Position numbers and translations under genes: made by a program. The notes beneath the pieces were generated by a model, which was not told where the DNA came from, ran no database searches, and was given only the letters and a program-made list of their open reading frames with translations. DNA of 64,000 bases from Octopus sinensis (lineage: Eukaryota): assembly GCF_006345805.1 (NCBI RefSeq), contig NC_043011.1:29276464-29340463 (forward strand). Reading direction: 5' to 3'. Within the stretch, counting starts at the first letter, position 1. Each line of letters starts with the position of its first letter. Of this stretch, positions 1 to 11,494 are shown piece by piece.

Positions 1-176
1 GTAAAAACACCTACTATACTCTCGGAGTAGTTGGCATTAGGAAGGGCATCCAGCTGTAGAAACTCTGCCAGATCAGATTGGAGCCTGGTGCAGCCATCTG
101 GTTTGCTAGTCCTCAGTCAAATCCTCCAACCCATACCAGCATGGAAAGCGGACGTTAAATGATGATGATGATGATG
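1..176 (+). mobile_element. RTE-type LINE 3' UTR/tail fragment ending in (GAT)n
   Basis: Ends GCATGGAAAGCGGACGTTAAATGATGATG. The same tail follows RTE C-terminal coding remnants at 3790-4250 and 55125-55812. Confidence 0.75.
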
Positions 177-1914
177 AATAATTCTTATTTCATACCTTAT
201 TAGTGATACTACCCTGACCTGAAGGCTTATGTTTTATGCAACCAATTTGTATTTTAAAATGTTCATTGTTTGAAAATATTTTTCACCAAAGACTTCCTTT
301 AGTTCTATATTATTGATTTTTCATTTTCCATCTGGTATTCCCAGATATTTATGCTTCTTCTCTGTTTAGTGATTTTATATTCTCATCATCGGTCTCTTTC
401 AGTATTTTTTACGAGATTTTCCTATATCATCTCTACAATAGCACAGTTTTCAATTCTGAAAATCATTCCAATGTTATATCATTACTAAACATTCTTCCAG
501 TTTGCACTAAGGAGTCTATTTGGTTCTTGTCTTTACAATAAAACTTTAAATCAATCATAAACAGAAGATAATTCCCTTTTCTTCAATTCTTTCTCAATGA
601 ATATCTTTCTTTGGCTTTGTTTAATATAATCGACCAAATGATCAATGTAATTACATACAAGATAGGGAAGAGGCTGTCTCCTTGATATATTCCTCTCCTG
701 ATCTGTATATCCACTAATCTTTCCTCTTTTGATGCCAACTTTACTCTCCAATTTCGCATTGCCTTATCTGACTGGTATCTAACAAGTTTTGAGATCTTGA
801 CTGGTTGTAGGCATCACTTGATATTCATGTGTGTGAGACTAAATCATATGCTTTTCTGAAATTGATCCAAGCAAAACATAGATTTACCAGTTTTTTCTAA
901 AACTTCTCAAAATGATCTTGACAATCATTAAGTGGCCTTTTATATATATCCCTGTCCCTTCTTCAATATCTTGGAGTTTTATGCCCTACTACAATAATTA
1001 AGTGCTGAACTGGTTAAATCACTAAAGTTTTTATACAAATTTCGTTGCAGTATTCATCTCGACTTACTCCACTCAGGGCAAATCCTGCTAAGATTAACTT
1101 TATCTTTAATCTCTCCAAGGTTTATACCTGGGGTTCCTGACCTTATCTTGTTTGTGGACCCTCCTGAGAGCTATCTTATCATCTGTGGACCCCATATATA
1201 CATAGGTAAATTTTTGAAAAAAATATTTGTTTGTAGGTTAATAAAAACCAACAATGAAACAATTCCGTTATATTCATAACATAAACTCCAAATACAAATC
1301 TTGAAGATTTCAATAAATACAGGTGCCTCTCCTATAAACAAAATTTATATATGGACCCACAAATTACAATGTTTTGCTCATGGATCCCCTTAAAGCTTCT
1401 GTTGACCCTGGATGAGGACTCCTGGTTTATACATTGGAGTACAAATCTAGAGATAGGGTTGATGTAATCAATTTATTCCTTCCCTACAAAATTGCTGACC
1501 TTGTATTTAAATTAGAAACAATGAGCTGATAGAATCATTAGAATTTCAGAAAAAAACACTAAAATGTTTTACAGAATCCCTTCAGTTCTATTATGATCCT
1601 GAATCCCATTTAGATCAGGTCTACCTTTCAGTAGTGAGCTGACACAATTCTTAATGCATCGGATAAAATGCTTAACAGCATTCCCTCCAGCTCAGTTGGA
1701 CTCTTCTGAGTCCAACTGCCATCAAGATCGACTCTGCTTTTTTATCCTTCTGATATCAGGCAAATAACTACCAGTTGAGTATTGGGGTTGATGCGATCAA
1801 CTAGTCCCCACTCCCCACCAAATTCCAGGCCTTGTGTCTGGAGTGGAAAGGATTATTGTTATCATAACTATTATTTAATTTTTTTCTCTTTGAATCTCTA
1901 TATGTGTGGGCGTT

Positions 1915-2270
1915 TGCCCTAGCATGGTTGTATGGTAAGAAGGATCTGGGTTCAGTACCACTGCATGGCACCTTGGGCAAGTGCCTTCTACTATGACTCC
2001 AGGCTGAGCAAAGCCTTGTGAGTGAATTTGCAAGCTGAAAACTTATGAAAAAGCATGTGTGTATGTGTGTATGTATGTGTGTTTGCATTTGTTTCTTGCC
2101 TCTACTTGACAACAATTGTCACTGTAACTTAGCACTTTGGAAAAAAGGGACTGATAGAATAAGTAGCAGACATAAAAAGAAAAAAGTTTTGGGATTGATT
2201 TTTTTTACTTAAAGTTCTCCAAGGTGATGCCCCAGCATAGCCACAGTGAGACAAGTAAAATGATGAAAGG
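1915..2270 (+). mobile_element. Degenerate tRNA-derived CORE-like SINE
   Basis: GGTTCAGTACCACTGCATGGCACCTTGGGCAAGTG matches better-preserved copies at 23575 and 49095. Confidence 0.55.
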
Positions 2271-2479
2271 ATACTATATCAATTAAACAATGAATTAAAA
2301 ACGTTGATTGTCTCATAGTATTTGTCCTGGTTCTCCGCATACTCTGAGTTCAAATCCTGCCATGTCATTCCAGCCCCAATTCACTGGGAACACAACACCA
2401 CCATAAATACACCCTGAGTAAAACATTGCAGCAACCCTCTGTATTCAACCTGCTAAAAGTAGACAGCACCTGATGAAGA

Positions 2480-2935
2480 CGATGATGATGATGGTGAGTA
2501 TTAATATGGTGGTGGTAGTGTTGATGATGATGGTGAGTGGGCTGTCGGTAATGGCGGTTGTGATGGTGGTGGTGGTGGTGGTGGTGGTGATGATGATGAT
2601 GATGATACTGGGCTGTTGGTGATGATGGTTGTCAGCAGTGGTAGTTGTGATAATGATGAAGATGATGATGATGATGATGATGATGATGATATGATGATGA
2701 TGATGGTGGGCTGTTGGCAATGCTGGTTGTGATGGTGGTGGTGATGATAATGATGGTGGTGATGATGATGATGATGGTGGGCTGTTGGTGATGATGGTTG
2801 TCAGCAGTGGTAGTTGTGATGATAATGATAATGATAATGTTGATGGTGGTAGTGGTGGTGGTGATGATGATGATGATGGTGATGATGATGAGGATGACGA
2901 TGACGACGACGATGACGATGACAACGACAACGGAG
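2480..2935. repeat. (GAT)n/(GGT)n low-complexity tract with internal duplication
   Basis: Triplet runs visible directly; the spacer GGGCTGTTGGTGATGATGGTTGTCAGCAGTGGTAGTTGTG recurs. Confidence 0.9.
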
Positions 2936-3789
2936 ACACATAACTCAATCAAAAGTAATTCAGCCGAATTCCATGTCACTATGACCCAAACCTTAATGAT
3001 GTCTGAGATTCATAAATTCATTAACTGACATCAAGTTCATTAACAGAGATCAGAAAGCAATCAAATAACTGACAAACTGACACTCAAGGAGATCATGCAT
3101 CAATAAAAATCAATGTGGTGGGGGAGTGGGGAAGAGACTTCATTTAGTCGATTGGGGTGCTAAAAATAGCAGCCAGATCTGTTTCAAAACACATTTTGCC
3201 ATTATGAAAAAGAAAATAAAAAAAAGCAAGAAAAAACATTGGATAACGTTGTTCAAGATGCAAAGTACTTCGTAATCATAATCATCATCATCATCATCAT
3301 CACCACCACCATCATCACCACCACCACCACCACCAACAACAACAACGACACTACCACCATCACCATCATCACACACAAACATGCACAAACCCCACAAACA
3401 ACCCCAGTACATGCACATACACAAGCCCCCCCACACACACATACACACACAACCTTCCCACACTCATGCACACACGCACACACACATGCATGATAAGCTT
3501 CCACACAGTTTCCATCTAATAAATCTACTCTCAAGATTTTTGGTAAGGTCAGAGCTACAATGGAAGAACAATGTTCCACACAGTAGGATTGAACCAGAAC
3601 CCTTTTGATTGAAAATCAAGTCTCTTAACCACACAGCCATGTCTGCACCTATCACGACAAATAAAAATGATAATTATGATCAAAATTCTCTCCAACCACC
3701 CTGATGCCAAATCTCTCCAACCACCCTGATGTCTTAAATAAAGAGCACAATAGATAACATTACCCCTGATATCATTAAAAAAAAGATGC

Positions 3790-4250
3790 GTTGGCACTGG
3801 CGGGAATAATTTCGATCATGTGGAAGTGCAAGACCTAGGAAGACATGGGATGAAGTAATGAAAAACAACTTCAGGATGCTAACCTTTCAGATGCAGTGAC
3901 AAATGGCCAGAATACTTGGTGCTTTGTTGTACTCAATAAAACCCATACTCCATAGACGAAGTACTAAAACTGCTCCCTTGATGAAGACAATTGGCTTCCA
4001 AGAGTGCTGTGCTGGTGTCGTGTAAAAAACACTCATGTCAGTGCCTCATAAAAGCACTGCCGCTGGTGCCACATAAAAATCATTCAGTACTCTCTGTAAA
4101 GTGGTTGGAGTTAGGAAGGGCATCCAGCTGTAGAAACCATTCCAAATCAGACTGGAACCCTGTGCAACTCTCCAGCTTACCAGCTCTGGTCAAGCCATCC
4201 AACCCATGCCAGTCTGGACAACGGACGTTAAATGAAGATGATGATGATGA
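3790..4250 (+). mobile_element. 5'-truncated, degenerate RTE LINE 3' end
   Basis: GGAAGTGCAAGACCTAGGAAGACATGGGATGAAGTA reads GSARPRKTWDEV (GRPRKTW motif of RTE ORF2 C-termini), followed by the family 3' UTR and a (GAT)n tail. Confidence 0.7.
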
Positions 4251-4676
4251 TATAATAAACCAGAATTGACCTGGGGCCAAACAACCACAATGACACAAGA
4301 TGCATGAATAAGAAAAGTTGGCAATCAGTTCATTTTTAAGGTGATACATAGGAAGCTGGAACATATTTCCATGCGTTTCGCACTGCTGCCTGCCCCTTTA
4401 GCCAATTATGTAGGTTCTTTTGTTAATGAATTTAAAGATTGGTTCATGTGCATGAATATATACAAAATGTAGCCAAACAGACACACACGCACACACACAC
4501 ACACACACATGTATATACACACACATTCAATCATATGTGCATGTGTACATACCTATAGACATACATATAAGCATATAGCTATATCCAAGTATAGGAACAA
4601 AGAAATATTACAAAAGAAATATACGCATGTTAAAAACTAATAGGCAAATGGACTTGTATTTAGACTCATGCACTCC

Positions 4677-4717
<41 letters not shown>

Positions 4718-4802
4718 TATATATATAATATATATGTGTGTGTATCTGATATATAAACATACATGCATATATATATATACACACACACATACATGTATAT
4801 AT

Positions 4803-4975
4803 AGGCACAGGAGTAGCTGTGTGGTAAGTAGCTTGCTTACCAACCACATGGTTCCGGGTTCATTCCCACTGTGTGGCACCTTGGGCAAGTGTTTTCTACT
4901 ATAGCCTCAGGCTGACCAAAGCCTTGAGTGGATTTGGTAGACGAAAACTGAAAGAAGCCCATCGTATATATGTAT
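4803..4975 (+). mobile_element. tRNA-derived CORE-like SINE, 5' part
   Basis: A-box-like GCTGTGTGGT, B-box-like GGTTCATTCCC, and CCTTGGGCAAGT core. Confidence 0.75.
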
Positions 4976-6638
4976 ATATTTATATGTATGTACATAATCT
5001 GCATATAGTATATATGTGTGTGTATGTGTATGTATATACACATATATGTATATATATACACATTCATATATACATATGTGCATATATATATACACATTAT
5101 ATATGCATATAATGTGGATTTGGTTTGCAAGATTCTTTATATGAGTTTGTGTGCTGAAGCATATTCTGTTGTGTCTGGGGAGAGTCATTTTCTTTTTGTG
5201 CCTTATAATATAACGCACTCACCGGTAAAATTTCCACTGTTTTCTTATTTTTATTTTCCTAAAATTTTCATTGCGTCTTGCAACCTTTTCAATAGTTTTG
5301 ACTCCATTATTTACACTGCGTTCCTTTTTGTCTGTTTGTGCGCATGCATGCATGTACGTATGTATGTATATGTGTGTTTGCATGTGTATGTATGTATATA
5401 TGTGTGCGTATGCATATGTACATATGTATGTGTGTGCATCTGTATGTACGTATCCTGCATATTTATGTGCTTGCATGTCCGTGTTTGTGTATTTTCTATG
5501 TATGTGTGTGTGAGCATGTGTTTGTATATGTATGCACCTCTGTCTCCTTGTGTGTGCATGTCTGTGTGTGTGTGTGTGTGTTATGCAACTATGTACCATG
5601 TTTGTATGTATGGATGTGCATCTTTATATGTGTGGATCCGTGTCTCCATATGTGTCTGTTCTTATAGCCTATGTACCTATCCGTCTGTATGTTGATCTGT
5701 TTATTTTCACATCTATATGCTTCCATACAGAAAAAAAAATATATATATAAATATATATATATAAATATATATACATACAATCATCATGATCATCATTTAC
5801 CATCTGATACGCTTTCAATGTGGGTTGGACAGATACATACATAAAACACACACATATTGTATATTAGTATAACATAGGTTAGTACGGCCATGTTTTATGC
5901 TAGGTCAGTATAGTGTAGTGATTGTTGTATCGCATTGTTGACATATTGTATGGTACTGAAACATAGAGCAATATTAGTATATTACGTTGTAATGTTGGCA
6001 AGTTATATGTTAGTTTCATATAGTGTAGGAATGGTGTGTTGCAAAGAAAACTTTTAGCTTGTATCGAAGCAGTGAGGTCAAGCTGGCATATTGTTGTATA
6101 TGATTAATTTAGCTCTTTATGATACATTTTGTGTTGCTTTTGGCAATAAATATATTTGGAGTCACTTTTTAAAATGTTTCAATGAAAGGAAAGGTTAATA
6201 GAGAGAGAAAGGTAAAGAAAGTAAGAGAGAGAGGGGGAAGAAGAGGGAGAGAGGGAGGAAGAGAGAGAGAGAGGAGGTGTATGTGAGTAAGAGAGAGTAT
6301 ATACAATAGGAGAATAAGAAGGAAAAATAGATATGTACACGTATGTACATATACATACATATATATGCACATAAATAAGAAAATGTACACGTGTATAATT
6401 ATATGTGTATACACAGAAAAATACATGCTGGCATGCATACATATGTACATATGCATAAACACATATACATACACAGACTCATACATGCATACATACCAGT
6501 GTATACATATATACTTGCATACAAACACACTTATATACATATACCTACATATATACATGAATACATATATATAAATACATACATATATTATATCACAGGC
6601 ATGCAAACATACACACACATGCATTATAGTTACATGCA

Positions 6639-6678
<40 letters not shown>

Positions 6679-7045
6679 CACATATATATATGTATATATA
6701 TATATATATACGCATGTACATACATGTAAATATATGCTAATAACACTATACATACACTAGTACTTATATACATATACCCACATATATACATCCATACATA
6801 TATTAATACATATATACACATATAATATCACAGGTATGAAAACATACACACCCACACATACGTACGTTTTAGTTACATGCATGCATACATATATACACAT
6901 ACATATATACACATGTACATACATGCATCCATACGCTTGTAAATACATACATTATATGTACATATATGTATAATACATATAGACACACACACACATATAT
7001 ATATATACGTGCATACATACACACACATACACGTGCACACAGGTA
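4960..7045. repeat. Compound (TA)/(CA)/(TG)/(TATG) microsatellite field with an AT-rich interruption
   Basis: Directly visible; it generates the Y/I/C/V/H/T-rich spurious ORFs in the track. Confidence 0.85.
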
Positions 7046-7884
7046 TAAGATTAACTTTGAACTCAATGTTTGCATACACCACTTTCTCTAACTGTCGATT
7101 GTTAATTCAGAGACTACACATTCCAAGTGTGAAAGAATACCAAAGGGAATTTGGTGCAAAGACCTGAATTATTAAATAATAAAAAAATATGTGCAAAGAA
7201 AAAACAAAAAAAAAATGGCAAGCAACCCAAAATAACAATGCATTTATGTATTGTAAGCTTCAAAATATCAAACAACAGGAATGATAACAGTTCAAAGCTG
7301 TTGTTGCTATTGGAAACAAGAAGTCAGAGAGGTGTCTTCAACATTCTTCTGGCATCGTTTTCTAAATCCGATGGTTGGTTTAACAATACTCATGCAAACA
7401 CAATGTGTTTTGTGATTTGTAAGTAAAAGTTCATTAACCTGTGATTAATATTATTTAGAAAAGATTATCTTTAAAAAAAAAATACTTTTAAAAGATTATA
7501 AATAAAGAAAAGTTATTCTTTCACTGTTGTATGTTTTATTGATAATTGGAAAACAAAAAAAAAAGAAAATGAGAATAAAATGGATTCTCTCTTATTGATC
7601 ATTTCATATATTTTATTTTTACTTTTATATATATTTTATTTTTACTTTAATTTGTTGTGTTTCTCTGTATATATACATGTATGTGAGTGTGTGTGTGTGT
7701 ATGTGTGTGTGCGTGTGTGTGTGTGTGTGTGTGCGTGTGCATATGTATGTGTGTGCATATGACCTTGAACCCGCAAGAATAAACAAGAGAGAGAGAAACA
7801 GGCAGAAACAAGGAAAATGCCACTTGTATTTGACAAACACAGACACACAAACATATACATACATATATATATACATATACATAT

Positions 7885-8050
7885 ATACGACAGGCTTCTT
7901 TCAGTTTTTGTCTACCAAATCCACTCACAAGGCTTTGGTCGGCCCGAGGCTATAGTAGAAGACACTTGCCCAAGGTGCCACGCAGTGGGAATGAACCCAG
8001 AACCATGTCGTTGGTAGGCAAACTACTTACCACACAGCCACTCCTGTGCC
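7885..8050 (-). mobile_element. CORE-like SINE, 5' part
   Basis: Reverse complement of the head at 4803/49095. Confidence 0.8.
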
Positions 8051-9037
8051 TGCTATAAATAGTAGCAGTCTGAATAAGTGAGGTAGTTCATGCTAGTTGC
8101 ACAGCTCATCTGTTGATAGATCAAAGCTGGAGTTCGAAGTTTACAGTTCAAGTTAGCGTGATGGATTGTTAGTTCTTAAAAGATTGTTGTTATGTTCTGT
8201 GTGGTTACTGCCATTTGTTTCAATTATATTGTTATTGCACTGTTGCAATGTATTCGTTTATCCATAAGGATATAATAGTAAATGACTAGCCCCTCCCCAT
8301 AAAATTTCAGACCTTGTGCTATAGTAAAAAGAAAGAATAACATATCTACTCTAGTATTCCCAAATATACGAGTGCCTGTTTTTCTGACGTAATGATTCTG
8401 AGACGACCAGTATATAACTTCAATTGTATGGATCTTATGATATTTATAATGATATTACCAGGAAAATGAAGAAATAAAATAAAATAAAAACTGTGGGCTG
8501 GAAGCAGTCGTTTTCACATGTGTTCTTCATAAAGGTTTTTTAAGTGAAAGAACATAACAATAAGTGTTTTGCTTTCAATCTTTCATTTCATATTTCAAAA
8601 AATATTCATACAGGGAATATTCAAAAGGAAACAACGTTTGGTTTACCAACTGATGATCAGAATTGAGCAAATCTGAGTATTGGAAACTGAAACCTTTCAG
8701 TTATAATGTGCGTGTGTGTATGTGAGTGTGTATATATATATATATGTGTGTATATATATATATATATGCGATGAATAGCTTTTTGCCAAAACCATGGTTC
8801 GCTTTGTTCTCTTACTTTATTATCATCTTATAATCATCTCATGATAATGACTTTTATGACTCTTATTACTACCTCAGTCCATCTAAATGTATATATTTGT
8901 CGTTACCTATCATAAATAGCCTTTTTTTATTTACAATGTGCATTTTCGTTGATTTTTCATATTTTACCCTTACATTTCTACGTGTATTTTATATTTTATA
9001 TTTTCTTTTTGTAACACATTTCTACTATATATATATA

Positions 9038-9110
<73 letters not shown>

Positions 9111-9795
9111 ATATTAAACACCGATATATCTATACATAATACATGCATACACACACACACGCACATACACATGCACACAAATATATGCATAATAATTTGT
9201 ACATCCTACTTATCTTGGAAATATTGTTTTAAACACTGTAAGCTGTGGTAGTCATCCTCAGACATCATCTTGTATAGATGCTGAGTGCTAAAATGCACAA
9301 ATTATATCAGCAGATAAAGTTTCATCAGCACCAGCAGACAGGACTGTTGTATCACATGATTTCTGTGCAATTTCCGCTTTCTCAGCAACAGGCACCCTAC
9401 CTGTTGCTGAGGAAGCAACAGGTAGGGTTCCAGATCGAAATTCCAGCAATTGAATATGGTTCAACACTCACTGAACAATCAATGACATTTCAAAAAGTGT
9501 TACACTCTGTCAGTTTGATGGAATTTCAATCTGGCATTTGGTGCTGAGGAAGCACAAATTATGCTGAAACTGCTTGATACGAAAGTCCCATCCATGAGTG
9601 CTGACATAATCTGTGTTTTTTACTACTTAACGTCTATATGAGATATTTCATTGTGATTACTGCAGCTTACAGCATTTAAAGCAACATGTCCAAGTTAAGT
9701 TGGAAACATAAGTAATATTATTTACAAAGGCTACTTCCAAAGCTAATAGTTAACATGCACATATATATATATGTACACACACACACTCACACATA

Positions 9796-10021
9796 CACGG
9801 GGATGCTGAAATGTTTCTGGCTTTGAGTAAAAGAAAATAGAGAAGGATCAGTTGATTATGATTTTATACAATATATTCCCCTCTCAGATTCACACATTTA
9901 TTGCAGCAGTCCTTCAGTTGTTTTTTTTTTTTTCAGGCCTGTGAAAGTACTCAGAAGGTTGGGCCTCCAATCAGGCCTTTCATGATACCCTTAAAGCCAG
10001 GAATTATTCAGCAACCCCTTG
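9796..10021. mobile_element. Mariner-type MITE, about 225 bp
   Basis: TA|CACGGGGATGCTGAAA ... TTCAGCAACCCCTTG|TA imperfect TIRs with TA flanks; related copies at 26730-26945 and 54046-54250. Confidence 0.7.
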
Positions 10022-10025
10022 TATG

Positions 10026-10105
<80 letters not shown>

Positions 10106-10130
10106 CAGAATTTTTTTGCATAATAATATA

Positions 10131-10430
10131 AAAAGCCAAGGCTGTATAGATATTAGAGCATTTATAGATAGAAGGTCTTACAGCTGTTTCTAGGATATTA
10201 ATTAATAATATCCTTTCATCGGAGATGGTGTGAGAGGAAAATTAAGTCATAGTCATCTATTTTCTTTCCTCCACCTCACTCTCTATTTTATATCACATCT
10301 AAACTAACTATGACTTAACTATCCTCTCACACCGTCTCCGATGAATGGATATTATTAATTAATATTCTAGAAACAGCTGTAAGACCGTCTATCTATAAAT
10401 GCTCTAATATCTATACCGCCTTGGTTTTTT
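10131..10430. repeat. Fold-back element (arms about 120 bp) with a hammerhead-like motif in each arm
   Basis: 10131-10252 is the reverse complement of about 10309-10430 with a few mismatches. Confidence 0.8.
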
Positions 10431-10591
10431 ATCTTATTACACAAAAAAATTCTTATATACACACGTTGACTTAGAACCAACGTTGAACCCTTTATTCACA
10501 ATATTACCAAATCTGGAACTTAACTATGGTCTGTCTATAGCACTTATTCAGCATTACCTGACACCTTTGGGTCTCAGTGACACCATTATCT

Positions 10592-10624
<33 letters not shown>

Positions 10625-11494
10625 TTATATATATAAAACTGAGAATGTGTGTGTGTGTGTCTGTCTGTCTGTATGTATGTTTCCCTAAAACCTGAGAACT
10701 ACACAACCAATTTCATTCAAATTTTACACATGCCTTACTTAGAGTCCAGGGAGTGTCATCGGCAAAAAACTTTTAACTTTTTGCCTAGGGTGAGCCCACA
10801 GCAATATCATATCTTCTCCACTACGATTCCCTAAAACTTGAGAACTACGCAACCAATTTCATTCAAATTTTACACATACCTTACTTAGGGTCCATGTAGT
10901 TTCATGGGCAAAAAAAAATGTTCAACATCTTGCCTAGAGCGAGCCCATAGCAATATCATATCTTCTCCACTATTTCAGTATTACATGTTAAAAGTGAAAG
11001 AAAAACATTTCTCTATTTTATGTCAGATACTTTCACTTTAACAATAAAAATAATTATAACAATTGAATTATATGTAGTAAGTAATTATTAAAATAAACTA
11101 AAGTATAATATAATCGTAACATAAAAAAAAAGTAAAAATAGCAATTGGTATAAAATTGCATCAATGACTTGAACTTGAATAAGTGGTTTCACATGAATGG
11201 GAATAAATTAAAAATGAAATTAGCATGCAGAAATGGAATAGTCCAGATGGATAATAAAAAATTAAATTAAAGAAAAGACTATTGTCTATAAAGTAAGGCA
11301 TGTGTAAAATTTGAATGAAATTGGTTGTGTAGAGAAAAAAGAAGATTTGAACGCACGTCGGAAATCTACCCAAGTGTGTTGTTATCTGTGACTAGACAGT
11401 GAAATTTTGTTCTGTGTAAAGTGATTAATATCGCGCGAGGCGTTTGCCTCCACGTGTGGAAACCTTCCGAAGAAGGTGAATTGACCCTCTAGTC

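Noticed and set aside
7151-7426. Possible host exon ending at a GTAAGT donor
   Set aside because: No recognisable protein motif, a weak acceptor and no partner exon.
4600-7960. Many 60-225 aa ORFs rich in Y/I/C/V/M/H/T
   Set aside because: They are translations of dinucleotide microsatellites; the same applies to similar ORFs throughout the window.
9278-9547. 89-aa ORF in non-repetitive sequence
   Set aside because: No recognisable domain; the length is within chance expectation.
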